Source: Actinomycetota bacterium
GTDB lineage: Bacteria; Actinomycetota; Acidimicrobiia; Spongiisociales; ZC4RG35
DNA: 64,000 nucleotides
Assembly: GCA_046537785.1 (NCBI GenBank)
Contig: JBKHKD010000002.1
Span: forward strand, 71,082-135,081
Direction: 5' to 3'
Shown here: in pieces, positions 19,018 to 28,062 of the stretch
Numbering within the stretch: the first letter of the stretch is position 1
How the letters are laid out: each line of letters opens with the position of its first letter
The notes under the pieces: generated by a model
Seen by the model: only the letters and a program-made list of their open reading frames with translations
Told to the model about the DNA's origin: nothing
Database searches by the model: none
Translations under genes and position numbers: made by a program

Positions 19018-19695
19018 ATGACCGCTAACCCGCGCGCGGTGCTGCTCGTCGAGGACGACGACGCGATAGCGGACATGCTGCGAACGTTCTTCGAGCGCGA
19101 CGGATATCGCTTCCTCCATGCCCTCACCGGCGAAGAGGCTGTGGAGCGTCTTCGGATCCGCCCGGTGTCAGCCGTTCTCCTCGACCTGAATCTGCCCGGG
19201 ATCGACGGCGTGGAGACCTGTCGGAGGATCAGGGAGTTCTCCAATACCCCGGTCATCATGCTCACCGCCCGCGATACCGAGGTCGACAAGGTGCTCGGTC
19301 TCGAGATGGGTGCGGACGACTATGTGACAAAGCCGTTTTCTCCCCGAGAGCTGCTGGCCCGGGTTAAAGCAGTTCTCCGTCGTTCCGAGGAGCCTCCTGC
19401 GAAAGCCCGGATCATCGAGATCTCCGGCTATGAGATCGACAGCGGCAAGCGATCGGTGGCGACTCCATCTGGCGAGGTGATAGAGCCGACTGCCAAAGAG
19501 TTCGACCTGCTCTGGTTCCTCGCCGAGAACGCCGGTCTCGCCCTCAGCCGCAACCAGATCCTCGAAGGGGTATGGGGTTACGAGTATTTCGGCGAGACGA
19601 GGACCGTTGATGTCCACATACGCCAGCTCCGCAAGAAGATCGAAGGCATCCCCATCGAGACCGTTTGGGGCGTCGGCTATCGCCTCGGCGATTGA
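19018..19695 (+). CDS. OmpR/PhoB-family response regulator
   Basis: REC domain (LLVEDDD … LLDLNLPGIDG) plus winged-helix (VHIRQLRKK…GVGYRL). Confidence 0.9.
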   Translation: MTANPRAVLLVEDDDAIADMLRTFFERDGYRFLHALTGEEAVERLRIRPVSAVLLDLNLPGIDGVETCRRIREFSNTPVIMLTARDTEVDKVLGLEMGADDYVTKPFSPRELLARVKAVLRRSEEPPAKARIIEISGYEIDSGKRSVATPSGEVIEPTAKEFDLLWFLAENAGLALSRNQILEGVWGYEYFGETRTVDVHIRQLRKKIEGIPIETVWGVGYRLGD

Positions 19696-19706
19696 GTGAC
19701 CCGACC

Positions 19707-21107
19707 ATGCGTCGCAGACTCTTCTGGACGATCGCCGGTGTGGCTACGGCCACCGGACTGCTCGTGCTGGCGGCGTCTGTGTTTTCCTCTCAGCGGGCCG
19801 CAGTCGATGCCACCTACCGCGAGCTCCAGGTGTCGGCCGAGGAGGCCGTGACCATCATCGACGACTTCCTGGAGAGTGAGGGACGGAGACCGGCAGCGGC
19901 CGTCGACCTGTTGCGCACGATTCAGGGTGACGAGCTCGCCACGCTATTCAGCAGAATCCGACGCAGTGCGGGAGGGTCCGAAATCGGTGTTGCCCTGCTC
20001 ACGAGCGACGGAACCATCCAGTCGGACGCGCCCATCTTCCGACGGGTCGACCTGGCCGGAGAGAGAGTGAGTACGGGAGAGAATCTTCGTACCACGTCAG
20101 AGGACGGCGAGTTGGTGGTGGTGACGCCGACGATCGTGGAGGTGGGATCCAACGAAGTCACCCTCCTGGTCGCCCTTGCCAGGGAGGCTCCGATCGTCCG
20201 TCTCCAGGACCAGGGTCCAAGTCTGGTCGTGCTGATCGCTGGCATCGCCCTGCTCGCCGGTCTCGGCGGCAGGCTGCTCTCTTCCCAGTTGGCGAAGCGT
20301 CTCGAGCCGCTTGCCGATGCCTCGAGACAGGTGGCCTCCGGTGACATGACCGCCAGGGTGCCCGCGGTGGGCGACCCCGACCTCGACCAGGTGGCCGGAG
20401 CGTTCAACGACATGGCGACCGACCTGGAGGCATCCCGGCAGCGGGAGCGGGAGTTCATTCTCGGTGTGGGCCACGACCTGCGGACTCCGCTGACCACGAT
20501 CGGCGGATATGCGGAGGCCTTGGAGCACGGTGATCTGGACCGGGAGGAGCTCGCCCGCATCGGTGGCGTTCTCGGGGTGCAGACCCGTCAGCTGGGCCGG
20601 TTGATCGACGACCTGTCGACGCTCGCCCGCCTGGAGCAGGCGGAGTTCAGCCTGCGGGAGGAGCCGGTCGATGTCGGCGCTCACGTAACAGAGATGGTTG
20701 AAGGGTTCGAGAGGCGGGCATCCGAGCTTGGCGTGGGTCTGAGTGTCGATGCCGATCGCGGTGTCTATCTCGACACCGACCCCGACCGGCTGGGACAGAT
20801 CGCTCAGAACCTGGTGGAGAACGCCCTCCGCCACACCCCGGAGGCCGGCTCGGTGAAAGTGACCGTCCGCGGCGAGCCGGAGGCCGTCGTCATCCGGGTT
20901 GAGGACACCGGGATCGGCATCTCGGAAGAAGACCTGCCCCACGTCTTCGATCGGCACTATGTGGGCAAGCGGCGCTCGATCCACAAAGAGGGGACCGGTC
21001 TGGGTCTTTCCATCGTCAAGGGTCTGGTCGACCAGATGGGCGGCACCGTCTCCGCCGACTCCAACCCCGGCAAGGGGACGACGATCACGGTCCGGTTGGA
21101 CCGATGA
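19707..21107 (+). CDS. Sensor histidine kinase with HAMP domain, partner of the preceding regulator
   Basis: H-box GHDLRTPLTTIGGY and an HATPase_c domain with N/G1/G2 boxes. Start taken at ATG 19707; the track ORF begins at 19665 and overlaps the regulator. Confidence 0.85.
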   Translation: MRRRLFWTIAGVATATGLLVLAASVFSSQRAAVDATYRELQVSAEEAVTIIDDFLESEGRRPAAAVDLLRTIQGDELATLFSRIRRSAGGSEIGVALLTSDGTIQSDAPIFRRVDLAGERVSTGENLRTTSEDGELVVVTPTIVEVGSNEVTLLVALAREAPIVRLQDQGPSLVVLIAGIALLAGLGGRLLSSQLAKRLEPLADASRQVASGDMTARVPAVGDPDLDQVAGAFNDMATDLEASRQREREFILGVGHDLRTPLTTIGGYAEALEHGDLDREELARIGGVLGVQTRQLGRLIDDLSTLARLEQAEFSLREEPVDVGAHVTEMVEGFERRASELGVGLSVDADRGVYLDTDPDRLGQIAQNLVENALRHTPEAGSVKVTVRGEPEAVVIRVEDTGIGISEEDLPHVFDRHYVGKRRSIHKEGTGLGLSIVKGLVDQMGGTVSADSNPGKGTTITVRLDR

Positions 21108-21150
21108 ATCGGGTCGCCCCCTATGCCTCCACCTCCAAATTCCGCAGGTC

Positions 21151-21309
21151 CTACGCAGGCCGGGCCATCGAGGCGGCCTGTTCTTGCGACATCTCCATGT
21201 CGTGAGTCTCCTTGGCGTGTGTCTGTGCCTGGGCCACCACGTCGTCGGTCGATTCCCCATTGATCACCGCGCCACAGGGGCACTCGATCACCTTTGCACT
21301 GTCCGTCAT
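21151..21309 (-). CDS. DUF1059-like small metal-binding protein
   Basis: 52-aa product MTDSAKVIECPCGAVINGESTDDVVAQAQTHAKETHDMEMSQEQAASMARPA. Strong SD (AGGAGG) 7 nt upstream. Not in the ORF track because it is under 60 aa. Confidence 0.55.
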   Translation of the reverse strand: MTDSAKVIECPCGAVINGESTDDVVAQAQTHAKETHDMEMSQEQAASMARPA

Positions 21310-21380
21310 TCCCGTACCTCCTGTCGATGGGATCTTCCGATACCGTATCCATCGAACGTTGGCGTCTGGTTGGAGGCCGA

Positions 21381-22133
21381 TTGGCGTACCGCATCTATCT
21401 GCTTGGAAGGGTCGGCATCGAGTCCGATACGGCCCTGATCGAAGCCGCCGCCTTCCCCGGTCGCCAGGGGCGGCTCGCCTTCGTCTTCCTCGCCAGCGAG
21501 CAGAGCCGTGTCGACCGTCACCGTCTCGCCGACGTGCTCTGGGATGAGGAGCTCCCCGACCAGTGGATGTCGGCGCTGGCCGCCATCACCTCGAAGCTGC
21601 GCAGGGTGCTGACCGACGCCGGCATGGACGGGGCCACGGTCCTCGACGGGAGAGACGGATCCTACGAGCTGCGGTTTCCGTCGGGCACCTGGATCGATCT
21701 CCAGACGGCGATCAACTCCCTCGACCGGGCCGAGGGGTTGTTGCGTCACGACCGGCCGGCGGAGGCATGGTCGGATGCCACCGTCGCCTCGAGCATCTTC
21801 AGGCGGTCGTTCCTCGCCGGCGAGTCGGGGGAGTGGGTGGAGCGGATGAGACGGGACATCCACGAGTACGAGGTGCGGACCTTCGATGCCCTCGCCCGGG
21901 TCTGGCTGGCTCTCAACCAGCCCGCCTCGGCTCTCCACGCGGCGCGGCGGGTGCTCGATCTCGCCCCGTTCCGGGAGTCGGCCCACACCCGGGTGATGGA
22001 GTGCCATCTGGCCGCCGGGGACCGCGCCGAGGCGGTGAGGGTCTATGACCGTCTGCGACAGATGCTGGAGGAGACGATGGGTCTCTCACCCAACGAGCAA
22101 ACCGAGGAGCTGTACGCCCGGGCCTTGGGGTGA
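21381..22133 (+). CDS. SARP-family (OmpR-like DNA-binding plus BTAD) transcriptional regulator
   Basis: YRIYLLGRVGIE…RLAFVFLA…LADVLW winged helix, then a BTAD/TPR-like tail (RVMECHLAAGDRAEAVRVYDRLRQMLEETMGLSP). Start chosen at a TTG preceded by GGAGG; the track ORF starts at 21294. Confidence 0.7.
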   Translation: MAYRIYLLGRVGIESDTALIEAAAFPGRQGRLAFVFLASEQSRVDRHRLADVLWDEELPDQWMSALAAITSKLRRVLTDAGMDGATVLDGRDGSYELRFPSGTWIDLQTAINSLDRAEGLLRHDRPAEAWSDATVASSIFRRSFLAGESGEWVERMRRDIHEYEVRTFDALARVWLALNQPASALHAARRVLDLAPFRESAHTRVMECHLAAGDRAEAVRVYDRLRQMLEETMGLSPNEQTEELYARALG

Positions 22134-22138
22134 ATCGG

Positions 22139-22222
22139 TGCGGGAGGTGGGACTCGAACCCACATGCCCTTGCGGGCAATGGCTTTTGAGGCCATCGCGT
22201 AAACCAGTTCCGCCACTCCCGC
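22139..22222 (-). tRNA. tRNA-Leu(CAA)
   Basis: Hand-folded cloverleaf: acceptor GCGGGAG/CTCCCGC, anticodon stem ATGGC/GCCAT with loop CTCAAAA (anticodon CAA), long variable arm, T-arm GGTTCGAGTCC. CCA is not encoded. Confidence 0.8.
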
Positions 22223-22242
22223 GGAGCCGTCAATTCTATCCG

Positions 22243-23031
22243 TCACCTTTTTGGACCGACAAAGGTGTCGAGGAAGGCCACGTCCTCGCGACGGGCGACC
22301 GAGATATCGCGTGGGGTGGTTTGTGTCCAATGGACGCCAAGCAAGTCCAGGGCATCGGTGAAGATCCCCAGGATGTCGGTCGAGGCATTGGTGAACATGT
22401 ATCGGATGTACCGGTAGCGTTTGATTCCGGACGAGACCTTTCTCGGTACCTCATTGATGTGTCGGTTCCCATCGGAGTGAATCAGACCTCGGATTAGCGC
22501 CTTGGGGTGAGTGGAGATGATCTCTTGCTGCCATGCGACTAGTTCTATGACGCGTTGGTGCTTCCTACCAGGGGCGTGCTGCGGAAAGACGCAGATCCAA
22601 TGCTTCCAGTAAGCAGAGACCTCGACACAGCCCTCCTTGGCGGTGAACCCCACCTCATCAACCCCACGCACGACGACGATGTGGGTGGCGATCTCATCGA
22701 TGATGTCCGGATACTTCAGATCGCAGGCGATCCGTAGCCGGTAGACCCCTCTTGGATGTGGAGACAAACACCCGTCACCCAGATAGACGCCCAGTAAGTA
22801 TGCGTAAGCCTCCTCGTCGATGAAGCCACCTGTGCATCGGAAGCAATTGTCCACATGCATACGGCGTTTCCCGGTCCACTCCTTCGTTCGGCCACCGCTT
22901 CTCGCTTCCAGGCCGACCCGCCAGTCACGGATCGTCCCGCGCGGGATCTCCAGTCTCCTGCCGATCTCGCAGTCGTTGACCCCCTCCTTGATCAGCTCCA
23001 AGGCCTCCTGATACTCCGATTCCGGTCTCAT
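22243..23031 (-). CDS. Free-standing double-motif LAGLIDADG homing-endonuclease-like protein with N-terminal HTH
   Basis: Motif 1 YLLGVYLGDGCL and motif 2 LIRGLIHSDGN, plus an N-terminal HTH (CEIGRRLEIPRGTIRDW). GC content is visibly lower than in the flanking genes. Confidence 0.65.
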   Translation of the reverse strand: MRPESEYQEALELIKEGVNDCEIGRRLEIPRGTIRDWRVGLEARSGGRTKEWTGKRRMHVDNCFRCTGGFIDEEAYAYLLGVYLGDGCLSPHPRGVYRLRIACDLKYPDIIDEIATHIVVVRGVDEVGFTAKEGCVEVSAYWKHWICVFPQHAPGRKHQRVIELVAWQQEIISTHPKALIRGLIHSDGNRHINEVPRKVSSGIKRYRYIRYMFTNASTDILGIFTDALDLLGVHWTQTTPRDISVARREDVAFLDTFVGPKR

Positions 23032-23092
23032 GGCTCGAACGTATCGGGCGGGTGTGACGGAAATGAGGCGGCGCCGATACCCTTAGCCACCC

Positions 23093-23365
23093 GTGAAACT
23101 CGTCCATCGCAGACTGTTCCGGATCAACGAGAAGATCTCCGACCTGGAGCGGGAAGCCGACCAGGTGGCGGCCGAACTCGACTATCACCGGTCGATCAAC
23201 GACGACGCCCAGGAAGACGCGGTCTACGGCAACTCCATCGATCGGGAGGAAGCCAGCCTGACCGCCGCCGACGTCCGTCGGTTCGAGAAAACCCTCGCCC
23301 GTCTCCAAGAGCAGCGCGCCAGGCTGGTGGCCAAACGGGACCGTCTCTTCGACCGCCTCGACTAA
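23093..23365 (+). CDS. Small coiled-coil hypothetical protein
   Basis: 90-aa charged helical protein with no recognisable motif. Confidence 0.35.
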   Translation: MKLVHRRLFRINEKISDLEREADQVAAELDYHRSINDDAQEDAVYGNSIDREEASLTAADVRRFEKTLARLQEQRARLVAKRDRLFDRLD

Positions 23366-23402
23366 AGAACGGGTGTGACTGCCAGGTAGTACCGTCGGGG
23401 GT

Positions 23403-26015
23403 GTGCCGACACTCGCGCTGATCGACGGCAATTCGATCGCCTATCGGGCGTTCTACGCCCTGCCCGAGGACCTGGCCACCAAGTCGGGCCAGGTCACCAA
23501 CGCCGTGTTCGGGTTCACCCGGATGCTGATCCGTCTGATGAAGGACTTTCATCCCGAAGGCGTGGCAGTTGCCTGGGATGTCTCGAGGAAGACCTTCCGC
23601 ACCGAGTCGTACCCCGAGTACAAGGCGAACCGGGAAAAGGCGCCCGACCACTTCCGCAGCCAGCTTCCGCTCATCGATGAAGTGCTCGAGTCCCTCCACA
23701 TCACCCAGCTCAAGGAGGAGGGCTACGAGGCGGATGACATCATCGCCTCGCTCACCCGTGAGGCGGTGGACGACGGCTGGGACGTTCTCATCGTCACCGG
23801 GGACCGGGACGCGTTCCAGCTCGTGGGAGGGCCGGTGAAGGTGCTCTACACCCGCCGTGGAATCAGCGACACGGTCCTCGCCGACAAAGAGTGGATCACC
23901 GAGAAGTACGGGATCTCGCCTTCCCAATACGTCGACTACGCCGCACTCCGGGGAGACAACTCCGACAACCTGCCCGGAGTCCCGGGAGTGGGGGAGAAGA
24001 CTGCCGCCAGGCTGATCTCCGAGTACGGGACCATCGAGGGGGTTTACACCGCCATCGCCGACCAGACTCCCAAGCTGCGGGAGAATCTCGCCGCCCACCG
24101 CGATCAGGTGTTTCTCAACAAGAAGCTGATGGCCCTGGTCGATGATCTCGACGTCCAATACGGCGCCAGCGACCTCGAGACACGGGAGTGGGATCGCAAA
24201 AGGGTCAAGGACCTTTTCGACAGTCTGGAGTTCCACACGATGTGGAACGACCTGGAGGAGGCGCTCCCGTCGACAGGCGGTGCCACCGAGATCCTGGACG
24301 TCGAATGTGAGTTGGTTACCACCGCCGAACGAATTTCCGAACTGGCCGACCGGGAGGAACTGGTCCTCAGTCTGGTCACCGACGCCGGCGAGAACTACGG
24401 CCTGGCGATCTCCACCGGAGATGACGAGGCGGTGGTCGTCCCGTTCGACAGCGCCGAGCCGATCCTCGTGGCGATCAGCGACGGGAAGGTGGCTGTTTCG
24501 GGCCATGACCTGAAGAGCCTCGCCAGGTCACTCCTCGAGATGGGCCACGACCTCACCACACCGGCAATGGACACCGCCCTTGCCTCGTATGTCGTCAACC
24601 CCAGCCAGCGCGACTACGGGCTCGAGGAGATCGCCGAGCGCCTCCTCGGCTTGGAGCTGGTGTCCCCGGACGACGAGGCAGAGGACGGCACCCTTCCCTT
24701 CGACCATGGGCCCGACGCCGACGTCGAGGGGAGACGGGTCGAGGCCACCCGCCGGCTGGTGGAACGGATGCGGAGCGAGCTGAAGGAACGCGACGAGCTC
24801 GACCTTTTCCTCACCTACGAGCTGCCGCTGGTACCGGTCCTCGCCAGGATGGAGCATGCCGGGATAGGAGTCGACCGGGATTATCTGGAGAAGATGGGCG
24901 CCGAGCTGCGGAGCCAGATCGCCGAGCTGGAGAAGAAGCTCCACGAGCTGGCCGGCGAGCCCTTCAACGTGAACTCCACCGACCAGCTGCGCACCATCCT
25001 CTTCGACGAGCTCGGGCTGCCGGTCATAAAGAAGACCTCCACCGGCAAACCGTCGACCGACGCGTCGGTCCTGAAGAAGCTGGACCACCCACTGGTGAGG
25101 ACCCTCCTCGAATACCGCGAGCTGGAGAAGCTCCGCTCCACCTATGTCGACGGATATCTGCCCCTCATCCACCCCGACGGGCGGATCAGGACCCGCTTCA
25201 ACCAGATGGCCGCCACGACCGGCCGTCTGTCGTCCGACAGCCCCAACCTCCAGAACATCCCGGTGCGTTCCGAGTCGGGTCGCACCATCCGCCGGGCGTT
25301 CATAGCCGGAGAGGGCAACGAGTTTCTCGTAGCCGACTACTCCCAGATCGAGCTGAGAGTGCTGGCCCATATGAGCGGGGACCCGTTCCTCATCGAGGCC
25401 TTCCAGTCGGGGCTCGACATCCACACCGCCACCGCCGCCAGGGTGTTCGGTGTCGGCACCGACGACGTCACCGCCGAGCAGCGTCGCCGGGCGAAGATGA
25501 TCAACTTCGGGCTTCTCTACGGGATGGAGGCCTTCGGGCTCGCCGACCGGCTGGGGATCAGCCGGGATGAGGCCCAGGAGCACATCGACGCCTACTTCGA
25601 CCAGTTCCAGGACGTCAAGGAGTACATGGCGTCGGTGGTGACCAGGGCACGCAACCAGGGCTACACGAAGACTCTCTTCGGGCGGAAGCGTTATCTCCCC
25701 GAGCTGAAGTCGGACAACTTCAGGATCCGCCAGATGGGAGAGAGGATGGCGCTCAACGCCCCGGTGCAGGGAACGGCCGCCGACATCATCAAATCGGCGA
25801 TGATCGAGCTCGACCGCATCCTCCGGGAGGAGAAGCTGGCCACCACTCTTTTGCTCCAGATACACGACGAGCTGATCCTCGAAGTCCCCTACGAGGAGAA
25901 GGAAATCGCCGAGAAACTCGTAGTGGAGACCATGGAGGGGGTCGCCGGCCTCGACGTCCCGCTGGTGGTCGACATCGGCTGGGGACCCGATCTCGCCTCC
26001 ATCGACAAGACATGA
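23403..26015 (+). CDS. polA: DNA polymerase I
   Basis: 870 aa with a 5'-3' exonuclease domain (IDGNSIAYRAFYAL) and polymerase motifs (DYSQIELR, QIHDEL). Confidence 0.95.
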   Translation: MPTLALIDGNSIAYRAFYALPEDLATKSGQVTNAVFGFTRMLIRLMKDFHPEGVAVAWDVSRKTFRTESYPEYKANREKAPDHFRSQLPLIDEVLESLHITQLKEEGYEADDIIASLTREAVDDGWDVLIVTGDRDAFQLVGGPVKVLYTRRGISDTVLADKEWITEKYGISPSQYVDYAALRGDNSDNLPGVPGVGEKTAARLISEYGTIEGVYTAIADQTPKLRENLAAHRDQVFLNKKLMALVDDLDVQYGASDLETREWDRKRVKDLFDSLEFHTMWNDLEEALPSTGGATEILDVECELVTTAERISELADREELVLSLVTDAGENYGLAISTGDDEAVVVPFDSAEPILVAISDGKVAVSGHDLKSLARSLLEMGHDLTTPAMDTALASYVVNPSQRDYGLEEIAERLLGLELVSPDDEAEDGTLPFDHGPDADVEGRRVEATRRLVERMRSELKERDELDLFLTYELPLVPVLARMEHAGIGVDRDYLEKMGAELRSQIAELEKKLHELAGEPFNVNSTDQLRTILFDELGLPVIKKTSTGKPSTDASVLKKLDHPLVRTLLEYRELEKLRSTYVDGYLPLIHPDGRIRTRFNQMAATTGRLSSDSPNLQNIPVRSESGRTIRRAFIAGEGNEFLVADYSQIELRVLAHMSGDPFLIEAFQSGLDIHTATAARVFGVGTDDVTAEQRRRAKMINFGLLYGMEAFGLADRLGISRDEAQEHIDAYFDQFQDVKEYMASVVTRARNQGYTKTLFGRKRYLPELKSDNFRIRQMGERMALNAPVQGTAADIIKSAMIELDRILREEKLATTLLLQIHDELILEVPYEEKEIAEKLVVETMEGVAGLDVPLVVDIGWGPDLASIDKT

Positions 26016-26185
26016 CCGACCGGCCAATGGGAGGTTTGCGGGGCGGCAGCTGCCGACCGACCGGCGTCTGTTTGGCCGACTTACGCAGGTCGTGACGGGC
26101 CGAACCGGCGTGGAATCCCGGGAGTGGCGAGAGTCGGCATGGCCCGGGAGACTGGCGGCCAAAGTCGGTCGGCCATCAAAACGGG

Positions 26186-26214
26186 TTGGCGAATGGTCCG
26201 TAGCTGCGTACACT
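26186..26214 (+). promoter_or_regulatory. Candidate sigma-70-like promoter for rpsA
   Basis: TTGGCG – 17 bp – TACACT about 60 bp upstream of the rpsA ATG. Visual match only. Confidence 0.3.
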
Positions 26215-26273
26215 TTCAATGCCTGCCGACCGGTGCGTTGGCAGAGATCTTCCCAAGAGGTAACTACCCACAC

Positions 26274-27788
26274 ATGTCCAACCCCCAAGAGAACGCGTCC
26301 GTAACCGCTCCGGATAACGAGGAGACGGTGGAGGCGCCCGAGACCCCGGCTGCTGACGAGGCCGCCGACGAAGCAGCCACCCCGGAGGAGTCAGTCGACA
26401 CTCCCACCCCCGAGTCTTCAGAGACAGACACCGAGGAGACCCCCGCCGAGTCGAGCGACGACGCCACAGCCGAGACGTCCGGAGACCCGGCCGGCGACTC
26501 CGGCCCCAGGTATCAGGAGCGAGAGGCCCTGGTCGCACCTGACCTGAGCGACCTTCCCGACGACATCGGCGACGACTTCGAGAAGGCCATCGAGGCCACC
26601 GTGCTCGAGTTCAAGGAAGGGGACATCGTCGAGGGGACCATCGTGAATGTCGACTCCGAGGGTGCCCTCGTCGACATCGGTTACAAGTCGGAGGGGTTCA
26701 TCCCCACCCGCGAGCTCTCCATCCGCAACAACATCGACCCCGAGGAGATGGTCTCCGTCGGAGACCGCGTGGAGTCGGTCGTTCTCGACAAGGAAGACGA
26801 CGAAGGCCGTCTCATCCTCTCCATGAAGCGGGCGATGTACGAGCGCGCCTGGGGTCGAATCCAGAAGGTGTCCGATGAGGAAGGCACTGTCGAGGGGACC
26901 GTCATCGAGGTCGTCAAGGGAGGTCTCATCGTCGACATCGGCCTGCGCGGCTTCCTTCCCGCCTCACTCGTCGACCTGAGACGGGTCCGGGATCTCGAGC
27001 CCTTCATCGGGCAGACGATCACCGCCAAGGTCATCGAGCTCGACCGGGCCAGGAACAACGTGGTCCTCTCCCGCCGGGCCCACCTCGAGGAGGCGCTCGC
27101 CGAGGAGCGGAACGAGTTCCTCGACAACCTCCAGGAGGGCGAGATCCGCGAGGGGAAGGTCTCGTCGGTGGTCAACTTCGGGGCCTTCGTCGACCTCGGC
27201 GGCATGGACGGCCTCGTGCACGTGTCCGAGCTCTCCTGGCAACACGTCAACCATCCGGGCGAGCTGGTGAGCGTCGGTGACGAGGTCAAGGTCAAGGTGC
27301 TCGAGGTCGACCGGGACCGTGAGCGCATCTCGCTGTCGATCCGCCAGACCACCGAGGACCCCTGGGATGTGTTCGCCAATGAGAACGAGGTCGGAGACAT
27401 CGTCGAGGGGACAGTCACCAAGACTGTGCCTTTCGGCGCGTTCGTATCGGTCGCCGACGGTGTCGAGGGACTGGTCCATGTGTCCGAGATCGCCATGCAT
27501 CGCGTCGAATCGCCGGAACTGGAGCTCTCCATCGGGCAGAAGGTCCGCGTGAAGATCACCGAAAAGGAAGACGAGCGGCGCCGGGTATCGCTCTCCATCA
27601 AGCAGGCTCTGCCCGACTACAACGAGAGGGCGGCTCAGACCGAGGAGAAGCGGAAGCCCCGCAAGGAGCGCGAGTTCGAGCGGGAGTTCGGTGCTGATGA
27701 TGAGGAAGAGCGTCCGCCGATGCCCGTGGATGCGTCCCTCGAGGCCATTCTCAAAGAACTGAAGGAACGTGGAATCGGTCGCCGGTAG
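26274..27788 (+). CDS. rpsA: 30S ribosomal protein S1 with an extended acidic N-terminus
   Basis: Four S1 repeats (GDIVEGTIVNVD…, GTVEGTVIEVVKGG…, GEIREGKVSSVVNFGAFV…, GDIVEGTVTKTVPFGAFV…). ATG 26274 is preceded by AAGAGG. About 110 aa of E/T/P/A/D-rich sequence precede the first S1 domain. Confidence 0.9.
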   Translation: MSNPQENASVTAPDNEETVEAPETPAADEAADEAATPEESVDTPTPESSETDTEETPAESSDDATAETSGDPAGDSGPRYQEREALVAPDLSDLPDDIGDDFEKAIEATVLEFKEGDIVEGTIVNVDSEGALVDIGYKSEGFIPTRELSIRNNIDPEEMVSVGDRVESVVLDKEDDEGRLILSMKRAMYERAWGRIQKVSDEEGTVEGTVIEVVKGGLIVDIGLRGFLPASLVDLRRVRDLEPFIGQTITAKVIELDRARNNVVLSRRAHLEEALAEERNEFLDNLQEGEIREGKVSSVVNFGAFVDLGGMDGLVHVSELSWQHVNHPGELVSVGDEVKVKVLEVDRDRERISLSIRQTTEDPWDVFANENEVGDIVEGTVTKTVPFGAFVSVADGVEGLVHVSEIAMHRVESPELELSIGQKVRVKITEKEDERRRVSLSIKQALPDYNERAAQTEEKRKPRKEREFEREFGADDEEERPPMPVDASLEAILKELKERGIGRR

Positions 27789-27809
27789 CTTCGATCGATA
27801 TGTCGACCT

Positions 27810-27842
27810 GAGAGCCCCCGGAATCGGAGTTCGGGGGCTCTC
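27810..27842 (+). terminator. GC-rich hairpin downstream of rpsA
   Basis: gagagcccccg – loop – cgggggctctc, an 11-bp perfect stem. No clear U-tract. Confidence 0.45.
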
Positions 27843-28062
27843 TGTAGATGAGGTGCCCGGAGCGTCTTTTCGGTCGGCAGTGGGCCTCGGTGCCCATAGA
27901 TTTGTGGGCCGAAAAACTCAAGACTGGCGTCTTCAGGTCCGACAATCACATGTGTTATCGAACCTGATAAGCAAGGCGGGTGCACGCTCGCCGTTACTAT
28001 GCCCTCTCTCCTCATCGCGGCAAGAGCGATGATCGAAGGAGGGGACAACCGAAGGGGACTCA

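Noticed and set aside
20097-21260. 387-aa minus-strand ORF antisense to the histidine kinase
   Set aside because: No motifs and an R/G/P-rich composition. The + strand kinase has clear H-box and ATPase motifs.
22139-22222. tRNA-Leu next to a SARP regulator as a bldA-like developmental tRNA
   Set aside because: The anticodon is CAA (reads UUG), not UAA. There is no basis for a TTA-codon regulatory role.
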